Shown here one piece after another: positions 28,707-37,646 of a stretch of DNA of 64,000 bases. A model generated the notes under the pieces. That model searched no databases. It was not told the origin of the DNA and worked only from the letters and a program-made list of their open reading frames with translations. The number at the start of each line of letters is the position of its first letter. The stretch's first letter is position 1. A program made the translations under genes and the position numbers. The DNA comes from an uncultured Verrucomicrobiae bacterium. Its GTDB lineage: Bacteria; Verrucomicrobiota; Verrucomicrobiia; Chthoniobacterales; JAFAMB01. Location of the stretch: assembly GCA_963837955.1 (NCBI GenBank), contig CAWIPH010000002.1, positions 128,001 to 192,000 of the forward strand. Direction: 5' to 3'.

Positions 28707-29567
28707 ATGAAAGCATTTCCGTTCTCATTGCCGAACCGAGAGTCGCTGCCAAAGACTACCTTGGATTACGTCAGCCTGGTTTTCCTTTTCCTCTGCATGC
28801 TCTTCTTCCTGATGCCGCTGTACGTCATGGTGGTGACCGGCATGAAGGATTCGACCAATGTCAGTCTATCGACGATGTGGAATCTGCCGACCCGGCTCAG
28901 CGGCGGCGGCTTCATGGAAGCGTGGCAGCGACTGTTGCCGAACTTAGGTAACAGCTTGATGTTAGCGATCCCGGCAACGGTGATCTCCTCCATTCTAGGG
29001 AGCATCAACGGATATCTGTTCGCCAAATGGAAGTTCCCAGGTGCCAACGTTCTTTTCGCGTTCCTGGTGTTTGGGATGTTCATCCCATACCAGAGTATCC
29101 TCATCCCGCTGATTCAGTGGCTGCAGTTCATTCATCTGTACGGAACAATTTGGGGACTAATCATTGTGCATGTGATTTACGGGCTGCCGATCACCAGCCT
29201 GATTTTCCGGAACTATTTCGCGAACTTGCCTGATGAATTATTGGAAGCGGCACGCATTGACGGTGCCGGTCTAGTGCGAATTTTTACGCGGGTCATGTTG
29301 CCGCTGGCGAAACCAGCCTTCGTCGTTGTCGGTATTTTCCAATTTACGAACATTTGGAACGACTTCCTATTCGGCGTGACGATCTTGCCGAATCCGCAAG
29401 CCCAGCCGGTAACCGTCGCGCTGAATAATCTCTCGGGTTCATATTCCGTCGATTGGAACGTCGTTATGGCCGGGGCAGTGGTGGTAGCGCTTCCGACTGC
29501 CTTGGTTTACATCTTCTTGGGCCGTTACTTCATGCGCGGATTACTAGCGGGCTCGGTCAAAGGGTAA
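28707..29567 (+). CDS. Carbohydrate ABC transporter permease
   Basis: 'ELLEAARIDGA', 'FTNIWNDFLF', C-terminal 'GLLAGSVKG'. Confidence 0.93.
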   Translation: MKAFPFSLPNRESLPKTTLDYVSLVFLFLCMLFFLMPLYVMVVTGMKDSTNVSLSTMWNLPTRLSGGGFMEAWQRLLPNLGNSLMLAIPATVISSILGSINGYLFAKWKFPGANVLFAFLVFGMFIPYQSILIPLIQWLQFIHLYGTIWGLIIVHVIYGLPITSLIFRNYFANLPDELLEAARIDGAGLVRIFTRVMLPLAKPAFVVVGIFQFTNIWNDFLFGVTILPNPQAQPVTVALNNLSGSYSVDWNVVMAGAVVVALPTALVYIFLGRYFMRGLLAGSVKG

Positions 29568-29606
29568 CCGGCTTTTTCCGAGGCGGCGTTTTACGATCAT
29601 TTGAGA

Positions 29607-31154
29607 ATGGAAACTTTCGATCTCGTTATCATCGGGACCGGGATGGGCGGAGGTGCACTGGCATATGCGTTGCGCAATTCCGGTCGAAAAATCCTCTTGA
29701 TCGAACGTGGGGATTTTCTCCCGAGAGAACCGGAGAATTGGAGTCCGGAGGCGGTGTTTGACGGCAAGCGATACAAGACGACCGAACTCTGGCACGATGA
29801 CGTTGGGAAACCATTTAGCCCTGGTGTGCACTATTTCGTGGGGGGAAACACAAAAGTCTACGGCGCAGCCCTTCCGCGCTTCCGCGAAGAAGACTTTGAA
29901 TCGCTAGAACACGAGGAAGGAACCTCTCCGGCCTGGCCGATCAAATACGGCGAGTTGTCGCCGTATTACGATCGCGCCGAAGAGATGCTATGGGTTCATG
30001 GGGAGGTCGGAAGCGATCCAACCGATCCGCCGCGGACCAAGCCATTTCCCTTTCCTGCGTTGGCCCATGAACCTTACATCGAAGATTTGCGGGCTCGACT
30101 GGCCAAGCAGGGTTTGCGCCCATTTTTTCTACCAATGGGGGTCGATTGGCGCGACGGAGGATTGTGTATTCGTTGTCGGACTTGCGACGGATTTCCTTGT
30201 CAGGTTGCTGCGAAAGCGGACGCCGAAACGAACTGTGTACGACCCGCTTTAGAGACTGGCTTGATCACGCTTTGGACTCGTAGTTTTGTGCGGCGGTTGC
30301 ACACGGATCCTTCGGGCCGGACCGTCGTTTCCGCAGAGATTGAGAAGGATGGACAAACGGAAGAGGTCCGAGCCGAGACCTTCGTCTTATCATGCGGTGC
30401 CGCGAATTCTGCGGCAGTCCTGCTCCGCTCCGCGAACAGCGCTCATCCGAACGGTTTGGCGAACGGCTCGGGATTGGTTGGCCGCAATTATATGGTTCAC
30501 AATAACACAGCACTGATGGCCATTGATCCGTTCCGGAAGAATCCGACGATGTTCCAAAAGACCATGGCTGTGAATGATTTTTATCTGCGCGGCGAAGGGA
30601 ACCATCCCTACCCGCTGGGAAACCTGCAACTGCTAGGCAAGCTGCAAGCAGGAATGCTCACGGCCAACCAACGGTGGATGCCGCGCTCGGTGCTGGCTGC
30701 TTTCACCGAGCGAAGCGTCGATTGGTGGGTGATGTCCGAAGATTTGCCGCGGCCGGACAATCAGGTGACTATCGATGGGAAGGGCGGGATCGTTGTTCAT
30801 TGGAAACCGACAAATCTCAAAGCGCACGCCCGACTCACTGAAGCCGGAACTCGCATGTTGCGTCGAGCCGGTTATTCCCTCGTGTTCACCCAACGCATGG
30901 GGATAGAAACCAACTCGCACCAGTGTGGCACCGCCCGATTCGGCTTAGACCCAGCCAGCTCTGTTCTTGATCCTTTCTGCCGAACGCACGACGTCAAGAA
31001 TCTGTTCGTTGTTGATAGTTCGTTTTTCCCATCGTCCGCCGCGGTGAATCCCGCGCTCACCATTGCCGCCCAAGCGCTCCGAGTTGCAGATCATCTGGCT
31101 GACCGAAGTCCGGCTCCGAGAAAGGCAGAGCAGCCGGTCAACCTTGCGCGATGA
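29607..31154 (+). CDS. GMC family FAD oxidoreductase
   Basis: 'IIGTGMGGG', 'VGGNTKVYG', Cys cluster 'CIRCRTCDGFPC', 'HQCGTARFG', 'VNPALTIAA'. Confidence 0.92.
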   Translation: METFDLVIIGTGMGGGALAYALRNSGRKILLIERGDFLPREPENWSPEAVFDGKRYKTTELWHDDVGKPFSPGVHYFVGGNTKVYGAALPRFREEDFESLEHEEGTSPAWPIKYGELSPYYDRAEEMLWVHGEVGSDPTDPPRTKPFPFPALAHEPYIEDLRARLAKQGLRPFFLPMGVDWRDGGLCIRCRTCDGFPCQVAAKADAETNCVRPALETGLITLWTRSFVRRLHTDPSGRTVVSAEIEKDGQTEEVRAETFVLSCGAANSAAVLLRSANSAHPNGLANGSGLVGRNYMVHNNTALMAIDPFRKNPTMFQKTMAVNDFYLRGEGNHPYPLGNLQLLGKLQAGMLTANQRWMPRSVLAAFTERSVDWWVMSEDLPRPDNQVTIDGKGGIVVHWKPTNLKAHARLTEAGTRMLRRAGYSLVFTQRMGIETNSHQCGTARFGLDPASSVLDPFCRTHDVKNLFVVDSSFFPSSAAVNPALTIAAQALRVADHLADRSPAPRKAEQPVNLAR

Positions 31155-32092
31155 AATTCGACGTCGCTACTTTCGGCGAAGCGATGGTGCTTTTCGCTCC
31201 GACAGAATCCGCTCTGTTGGAATCCGCCGAATCTCTCCACGCGTCAGTTGGCGGCGCCGAACTGAATTGCTCAATCGGTCTTGTCCGACTTGGGTACCAT
31301 GTCGGTTGGATCAGCCGATTAGGGAATGATCCTTTCGGCCACAAGATAATAAAGACCGCGCGTGGCGAGGGAGTCGACGTCAGTCGGGTCAAACTAGTGG
31401 ACGAAGCGCCGACCGGCGTGATGTTCAAAGAGGTGCGGCCCGGGAATGCCAGTCGAGTTTTTTATTACCGTAGGCGCTCGGCGGCGGCTGCGCTCGACCA
31501 GGACCAGTTTGCAGATGTGCAAGCTAAAGTGCTCTTTGTCACCGGCATTACGCCCGCCCTCAGCGACCAGAATCGTGCACTTACGGTCGCCGTGGTAGAT
31601 CAATTCCGGGCGAACGGAGCGTTGATCGTCTTTGACCCGAACATGCGGTTTCGACTTTGGGAGAAAGAAGCAGCAAGAACCGTCTTCATTGAGCTGGCCA
31701 ATCGGAGCGACGTCTTGCTTCCGAGCCTGGTCGATGCCGAGATTCTTTGTGGCAAAGGCAAGCCGGAAGCAATGCTCGATCGGCTTCGCGAATTGGGTCC
31801 GAGCCGGGTGGCCATTAAACTTGGCGAGGAAGGGGTTTTCTTTGCGGACGAGAAAAGCAGCGCGCACCTGCCCTGTTTTCCTGCCTCTGAAATCGACCCG
31901 GTGGGCGCGGGTGACGCGTTCTGTGCAGGCGTCATTTCCGGCCTACTCGACCATGCCCCTTTTGCGGAAGCGGTTAGGCGAGGCGCCGCTCTAGGTGCTT
32001 TCAGTGTCAGCTCACGGGGCGATTACGCGGGGTTACCAACGCGAAACGAACTCGATCGTTTCCTGGCCGGAGAGACAACGCAAGGGAGGTAG
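31151..32092 (+). CDS. PfkB family sugar kinase (2-keto-3-deoxygluconate kinase-like)
   Basis: 'FGEAM', 'GGAELN', 'YYRRRSAA', 'FDPNMR', 'DPVGAGDAF'. Confidence 0.9.
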   Translation: MKFDVATFGEAMVLFAPTESALLESAESLHASVGGAELNCSIGLVRLGYHVGWISRLGNDPFGHKIIKTARGEGVDVSRVKLVDEAPTGVMFKEVRPGNASRVFYYRRRSAAAALDQDQFADVQAKVLFVTGITPALSDQNRALTVAVVDQFRANGALIVFDPNMRFRLWEKEAARTVFIELANRSDVLLPSLVDAEILCGKGKPEAMLDRLRELGPSRVAIKLGEEGVFFADEKSSAHLPCFPASEIDPVGAGDAFCAGVISGLLDHAPFAEAVRRGAALGAFSVSSRGDYAGLPTRNELDRFLAGETTQGR

Positions 32093-32094
32093 GC

Positions 32095-32294
32095 GGTAGG
32101 GCGAAAGCTTGATACCGTCTCAGCGGGATCGGCTTGAGCCGTCTCTCGCCCCAACGTACTGCTTTAATCCACTTTCACCGTCGTCTGACAAAACGGCACC
32201 AAAAAGATGCACCCCCGCATCCGGCTCAAACCCGGCGCGAACCACACAAACAGACTTTGCAACGTTTCCCGCGCGCCTAAGTTTTCGCCCTACC
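32095..32294. repeat. Family B palindromic element, free-standing copy
   Basis: GGTAGGGCGAAAG...GTTTTCGCCCTACC; homologous to 3678..3858 in the opposite orientation. Confidence 0.85.
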
Positions 32295-32349
32295 AATTGT
32301 GGGTCCACTGGGCCCTATCGCCATACCCGCCTTTGGAGAAAGGCATAAC

Positions 32350-32823
32350 CTAAGTCCGAGACCATCGATAAAGTGCGTCGGGTTCCTTCTCCTCGTTCGT
32401 CGATCCGTCCGTTTCCTGAACCAGCGTGAAGCCTTTAGCCTCATAGAATCGACGTGCCTGTTCGTTGCGCTGAAATGTCCAGAGTTGCAGCGACGAAAAA
32501 ATTGACTTTGCGATGTCCAATAGCGCTGTTCCTGTGCCGTGTCCTTGAGCGCTCGGCAGAACATAAAGCTGATCAATCCAATCCTCTCGAAATGCGATAA
32601 TTCCAACCAATTTACCGCCATCCAATGCGCCCCAGATCTGGCACTTCCGGAATACTTTCTCGCGAAAATACTGCTGGTCATCTTCGGGCGTGTGGAGACC
32701 CGCCAACCACGGTAACCTATCCTCGAACGCCGCTCGATGGACCGCTGCTGCGGCGCCCATCTCCTCGAGCTCGAGTCTTCTAATTGTAAGCTCGCACATC
32801 ACGCGATCTGCAACGTTATGCAA
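32350..32823 (-). CDS. GNAT family N-acetyltransferase
   Basis: 'IDQLYVLPSAQGHGTGTALL', 'LWTFQRNEQARRFYEAKGF'. Start is uncertain. Confidence 0.9.
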   Translation of the reverse strand: MHNVADRVMCELTIRRLELEEMGAAAAVHRAAFEDRLPWLAGLHTPEDDQQYFREKVFRKCQIWGALDGGKLVGIIAFREDWIDQLYVLPSAQGHGTGTALLDIAKSIFSSLQLWTFQRNEQARRFYEAKGFTLVQETDGSTNEEKEPDALYRWSRT

Positions 32824-32827
32824 AAGA

Positions 32828-33045
32828 TCTCACGCAAAGACGCCAAAAAATCTCACGCAAAGACGCGAAGGAGATTTCGGATTAAAAGGCAGAGCATCAA
32901 ACAGTTTCTCAAGTAACTCCGAGCCTACGGGTGTGCGCTTGGGACTCTATTGATTAATTTTGGTGAAGCGATTTTCAAAAACGGCATTCACCGAGTAGTA
33001 AATAATCTCTCCGAAATCTTTGCGTCTTGGCGCCTTTGCGTGAGA
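32828..33045 (+). pseudogene. Remnant of a GxxExxY-protein element flanked by TCTCACGCAAAGACGC-type inverted repeats
   Basis: From 32899: KQFLK*LRAYGCALGTLLINFGEAIFKNGIHRVVNNL, which resembles the C-terminus of GxxExxY proteins. Repeats at 32828-32870 and 33018-33045. Confidence 0.7.
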
Positions 33046-33070
33046 TATCTCGTTGGATGAATTCACTGCT

Positions 33071-33712
33071 ATGCTTCGCGTATTTCTTTTCCTCTCACTG
33101 GTGACGCCGGTATTTGCCCAGCTGAAGTGGGAAAATGTCGAACAGACTTTCGCGCCAAGCCCGCTGGATAAACTAGTCGTCGCCAAGTATCGATTCACTA
33201 ATGTCGGGACTTCACGAGTTAGGATTAACGATGTGCGAACATCGTGCGGGTGCACAACTGCAGGGTTGTCAAAGAAGGACTACTCTCCAGGAGAATCAGG
33301 GGAGATTGAGGCCAAGTTTCAATTAGCTGGACACATTGGGCACCAAGAAAAATGGATCTTCGTCACAACGAACTCGGCTCCAACCGACCCGACACTTCTA
33401 CGCCTGATAGTCGATATTCCTAACGCGGTTACGATCGAGCCAGAGTTCGTCATATGGCAGGTTGGTGATCAGATAGAGCCCAAAAAGATTCGGATTCTCG
33501 TGGCGGATGCGTTTCCTGCCAAGATTGTTTCGGTGCAAGCCGATAATCCAGCGGTGAAACTCGAACTCCGAGATGTGCGTCCAGGTAAAGAAGTAGAGGT
33601 CACCGTCACGCCGCCGAGCACTAGTAAGCCGGAGAGCACCGTTCTATCGATCCGAACTGATTACCCTCCGGAAAATCCGGAAACCCATTATGCGTATGCG
33701 CGGGTGAAATGA
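33071..33712 (+). CDS. Exported DUF1573 domain protein
   Basis: Signal peptide; 'YRFTNVG..VRTSCGCT..YSPGESGEI'. Confidence 0.88.
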   Translation: MLRVFLFLSLVTPVFAQLKWENVEQTFAPSPLDKLVVAKYRFTNVGTSRVRINDVRTSCGCTTAGLSKKDYSPGESGEIEAKFQLAGHIGHQEKWIFVTTNSAPTDPTLLRLIVDIPNAVTIEPEFVIWQVGDQIEPKKIRILVADAFPAKIVSVQADNPAVKLELRDVRPGKEVEVTVTPPSTSKPESTVLSIRTDYPPENPETHYAYARVK

Positions 33713-33723
33713 GTGTGGCCTGC

Positions 33724-33922
33724 GTAGCCTGATCCTTCCTCCTTCGTTCTCCCTACAACCCGCAACTTCGGCGGACAAGCCTGGCTCAGGATCGCGGGGT
33801 TACAGATTGTGAGAAGTGATCGGTGAACGCCTATCGGCAAAAATCTCTCACAGCGCTCTCACTAATCACCAACATACTTCCTGAGGCTGGAGCATCAGGC
33901 TACGGCTGGAGCATCAGGCTAC
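33724..33922. repeat. Family A REPIN with a mini-element in its left hairpin and a duplicated right end
   Basis: GTAGCCTGATCCT[insert]..GGCTCAGG ... CCTGAGGCTGGAGCATCAGGCTAC GGCTGGAGCATCAGGCTAC. Confidence 0.85.
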
Positions 33923-34647
33923 CGCCGCGCCCGACTCTGTCCCAGATAAAGTTCATGCATCAAGCGATTATCACGCAGTTCTGCGATCGGACCGGAGGCA
34001 ACGATTTCGCCGTGCTGCAGTAGATATCCTCTTTCCGCCACCGCCAATGCCAGACCCGCGTTTTGCTCGACCAGAAGCACCGCTGCGGAAAACTTCGTGC
34101 GCACGTCCATGATTACGGAGCGTACTTCTCTAATCAGCAGGGGCGACAGTCCAAGCGAGGGCTCGTCGAGCAAAAGAATGCGGGGGCGAGCCATCAGTCC
34201 GCGGGCGATCGCCAGCATTTGTTGTTGTCCGCCGCTGAGCTCACTACCTTTAGCGCTCCGCTTTGTCGCCAGGATATTAAAATAGGACTCCATCAGCGTG
34301 ATGTCGGCTTCGACTGCCTCGTGATCCCTACGGCAGTATGCGCCGAGGCGCAGATTTTCGTGTACGGTCAAATCAGGGAATACCCGGCGGCCTTCGGGCA
34401 CCATGACTACACCCAAGCTGGCCATCCGATCGGCCGGAACGCCGCCAACATTCTGGCCGTCAAATCGAATGCTTCCTTTTTTGGGTCGCAACAATCCCGA
34501 AATGGCGCGCAGCAGAGTCGACTTTCCGGCTCCATTAGGTCCAAGAATCGTCACGATCTCATGCTGGTCCACGGTCAGCGATACATCCCGGTTGACCACA
34601 ACCGGACCATAAGCAGTTCTAAGGTGCTCGACTTGCAGTAACGTCAT
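33919..34647 (-). CDS. livF: HAAT/branched-chain amino acid-type ABC transporter ATPase
   Basis: 'GPNGAGKST', 'VPEGRRVF', 'LSGGQQQMLAIARGLM', 'LDEPSLGLSP'. Confidence 0.92.
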   Translation of the reverse strand: MTLLQVEHLRTAYGPVVVNRDVSLTVDQHEIVTILGPNGAGKSTLLRAISGLLRPKKGSIRFDGQNVGGVPADRMASLGVVMVPEGRRVFPDLTVHENLRLGAYCRRDHEAVEADITLMESYFNILATKRSAKGSELSGGQQQMLAIARGLMARPRILLLDEPSLGLSPLLIREVRSVIMDVRTKFSAAVLLVEQNAGLALAVAERGYLLQHGEIVASGPIAELRDNRLMHELYLGQSRARR

Positions 34648-35369
34648 AGCTCATTCCCGAGATAAACTTCGGTGACCTTCGGATCGTTCAGCACAACATT
34701 GGGTGGTCCTTCGGCAATTTTAGTTCCGAAGTTGAGAACTACGAGTCGCTCGCACAGTGCGCTCATCAAAAACATATCATGGTCTATCAGGCACACGCCG
34801 ACGCCCATTTTGGGCAGTCGAAGAACCAACTCCATCAGTTCGTCCGATTCGCTATGGCTTAAGCCTGCCGCCGGCTCATCGAGAAGCAGGAGCGACGGGT
34901 TCGCCCCCAAAGCGACCGCTAAGCCGAGCCGGCGAAGATTCCCGAATGGCATCGATCCGGCGATTTCGCCTCCGAGACCGGCGAGACCGACGAAACTGAG
35001 AATCTCTTCTGGCGAATCCCACTTCGATCTCGCTGCCTCAGTGTGCGCTCGACCTTGCTCATGAGCGACGCGGACGTTCTCGCGAACTGAGAGTCCTGGA
35101 AAAGACATCGCCTGTTGGAACGTTCGCACCAGCCCACTCCGAGCTATCTCGTGGGCGGGCCTACGGGTGATGTCTTTACCTCGCCACGACACACGGCCCG
35201 CCGTCGGCTTGTGTACGCCCGTTATGACATTGAACAACGTGGTCTTGCCCGATCCGTTAGGTCCGATGATCCCGACTATTTTGTCCAACTCGATCGAGAC
35301 ATCGACTCCGGCCAACGCGACAACGCCTCCAAATTCTTTGCGAAGTCCGGTAATTTCTAATGCTGCCAT
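34644..35369 (-). CDS. livG: HAAT-type ABC transporter ATPase
   Basis: 'GPNGSGKTT', 'GLVRTFQ', 'LLDEPAAGL', 'VTEVYLG'. Confidence 0.92.
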   Translation of the reverse strand: MAALEITGLRKEFGGVVALAGVDVSIELDKIVGIIGPNGSGKTTLFNVITGVHKPTAGRVSWRGKDITRRPAHEIARSGLVRTFQQAMSFPGLSVRENVRVAHEQGRAHTEAARSKWDSPEEILSFVGLAGLGGEIAGSMPFGNLRRLGLAVALGANPSLLLLDEPAAGLSHSESDELMELVLRLPKMGVGVCLIDHDMFLMSALCERLVVLNFGTKIAEGPPNVVLNDPKVTEVYLGNEL

Positions 35370-35383
35370 AAGTTGACCTCTTC

Positions 35384-36463
35384 TTATTGCCGTCGTTTCG
35401 ACAACAGCCGCTGGTAGACACCGAGAAGGCCGGCACTGACGCCGCCTGGGAGCAGAAGGATTACGAGCAGCAGGCAAACGCCATAGGCGATTCTGGAATC
35501 GATCGGATCCAGATGCATGATCTCAGGCAGGAAACTCACGATGATCGCCCCAATGAGCGGCCCGTAAAGCAGCCGCGAACCGCCCAGCATGACCATCAGC
35601 GCCAAATAAAGACTGGGAAATGGACCATACAGGGTCGGCGAAATATGACGCAGATAGTACGCTTGCAAGACACCGGCGAATCCCGCGAACGCGCCGCTCA
35701 CCATCAACACGCCGATCTTATGAAGGTTGGCATTGATTCCCACCGCCCGAGCGAGCGGCTCGTTCTCGCGGATTGCACGGAGGGTGCGGCCGTATGCCGA
35801 GTGCACGATCAGATACGTGACCAGGAGGCATAACAAGAGCGCCACCACGATCAGATAATAAGCGTTGAGGAGTCTATCGAAGTTGATGCCAAATACCGGG
35901 TCGATGGATCCGACGTCTAATCCCGTCGCGCCGCCGGTAAATGTGCCGCCGTTAGTGAGCGCGATATTCAACAGGGCGCAAAAGCAAAAGGTAATGATGA
36001 TGTAGTGTTGACCGCTCACCCGCAATGACGGGAGCCCAATCAGGCCGGCGAAGACGGCCGAGAATAGAATCGAAAAAGGCAGCGCTGGCCAAAAGCCGAG
36101 TCCCAGTTTTCCCGCCAGGATCCCCGCAGTGTATGCTCCAACACCCATGAAGGCAGCGTGTCCGACCGACATGATGCCGGCCTGACCGAACTGAAGGCCG
36201 AGACCGTACAATGCGATCGCTGTAAACCCGGTCGTGATGCCCAGCGATAAGAATCGATAACCGGGATGCAGCCACGGAAAGCCAATCAGGAATACAACGA
36301 CCGCTACCCCTACAACAATCTCCGCGCCGGAGGGCAGCCGCACCCAGCCAGAATGCTCTTTCGCGGAATTCCGCACTGTTGTTGAACTGGTCGGCCGCTT
36401 CATGCCGATGTCCTCCGCCGGTTGGCCAGGCGAAGCAAGATTCTCGTGAATTTCCTTCATCAC
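35384..36463 (-). CDS. livM: HAAT-type ABC transporter permease
   Basis: 'SVGHAAFMGVGAY', 'YGRTLRAIRENE..A..GIN'. Start is uncertain. Confidence 0.9.
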   Translation of the reverse strand: MMKEIHENLASPGQPAEDIGMKRPTSSTTVRNSAKEHSGWVRLPSGAEIVVGVAVVVFLIGFPWLHPGYRFLSLGITTGFTAIALYGLGLQFGQAGIMSVGHAAFMGVGAYTAGILAGKLGLGFWPALPFSILFSAVFAGLIGLPSLRVSGQHYIIITFCFCALLNIALTNGGTFTGGATGLDVGSIDPVFGINFDRLLNAYYLIVVALLLCLLVTYLIVHSAYGRTLRAIRENEPLARAVGINANLHKIGVLMVSGAFAGFAGVLQAYYLRHISPTLYGPFPSLYLALMVMLGGSRLLYGPLIGAIIVSFLPEIMHLDPIDSRIAYGVCLLLVILLLPGGVSAGLLGVYQRLLSKRRQ

Positions 36464-36489
36464 TTAATTCCGTAGTGGGAAGATTCTTC

Positions 36490-36719
36490 TCTCGTCCTCG
36501 TCCTCGAAAGGGAGGGATCGCAGCCTGTCCGACATAGCTTTTTGATGCATCACACTCAACGACCATGCGCTTCTGCGACGTCGGATCCTCGCGATCCGCG
36601 GCGCACGAGGATCCGACGTCGCACTAAAACATTCTCCACAGGCATCCGAAAGGCTATGTCGGACAGGCTGTGCGCCCTCCCTATTATGTATTGTTTTTCG
36701 CGCCGAGCACGAGCACGAC
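36490..36719. repeat. Nested palindromic repeat: CTCGTC/GAGCAC short repeats > family D REP doublet > two mini-elements
   Basis: CTCGTCCTCGTCCTCG..GGAGGGATCGC[insert]TCCTCGCGATCC..GGCGCACGAGGA[insert]GTGCGCCCTCCC..CGAGCACGAGCACGA. Confidence 0.8.
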
Positions 36720-36728
36720 AAATCTTCT

Positions 36729-37601
36729 TCATCCGGTAGCGCGGGGACCAAGTGTCCCACCGAGCAATCCTTGTGGGCGCACTATCAGAATTACAATCAT
36801 CACGACGAGCGCGTAAGCGTCGGTCCACTCTGGAAAACCGTATCCAGCGCTGAGACCATCGACTAGACCGAGGATGAGGCCGCCTACGACCGCGCCACCG
36901 ACGTTGCCAAGTCCCCCGATGAGGGAAACAGCAAATCCCCGGATGATGACGACACTGCCGGTGAAAGGTGTGATCGGAAAAAGGGCGATCATGAGAGCGC
37001 CGCCCAATCCTGCCAGCGCGCTGCCATAAACGAATACGGCGGTAACGTACCGTCTCACCGGTATTCCCATGAGCGCAGCCGTATCTGGGTCAGCAATGCT
37101 AGCTCTTAAAGCTATTCCGTAACGGCTACGGGAAACACCGAAATAAGTGATAGCGACCACTATCGCTGTCAGCGCCACGACGATGGCGCGCATAGCAATA
37201 ACGTTCACGCCACCGATCACCCACACCTGGCCGACCGGGTCGGGAATGGTTTTCTGGACCTCGTTGAATACACGAATCACGAGGTGCTGAAGAATCACGC
37301 TCAGGCCAATGGACATGATAAATCCGTTCATCGGTCGTTCGAGAGTAAACCGGAACAAACCGCGTTCGGCTATGAACCCCAGGGCGCCGACAAAAATCAT
37401 CGCTCCAACCAGCGCCACGAAAAAATTCACTCCGGAATTGACCAGAAACCAAGTGATCATCCCTCCAACCATCAGAAATTCGCCGTGGGCAAAATTGACT
37501 ATCCCGGCTAGTCCGAAGATCAACGTGATTCCTATTCCGATGAGTATGGTCACGCTGGCGACAGAAAGGCTGTTCACCAGCTGCTGAATCAATATTTCCA
37601 T
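36729..37601 (-). CDS. livH: HAAT-type ABC transporter permease
   Basis: 'GITLIFGLAGIVNFAHGEF', 'ALRA..D..AALMGI'. Confidence 0.92.
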   Translation of the reverse strand: MEILIQQLVNSLSVASVTILIGIGITLIFGLAGIVNFAHGEFLMVGGMITWFLVNSGVNFFVALVGAMIFVGALGFIAERGLFRFTLERPMNGFIMSIGLSVILQHLVIRVFNEVQKTIPDPVGQVWVIGGVNVIAMRAIVVALTAIVVAITYFGVSRSRYGIALRASIADPDTAALMGIPVRRYVTAVFVYGSALAGLGGALMIALFPITPFTGSVVIIRGFAVSLIGGLGNVGGAVVGGLILGLVDGLSAGYGFPEWTDAYALVVMIVILIVRPQGLLGGTLGPRATG

Positions 37602-37646
37602 TTTACGTGCCCTCGCTGAACGCTCAGAAGACCAGCGGTCGCGAGG

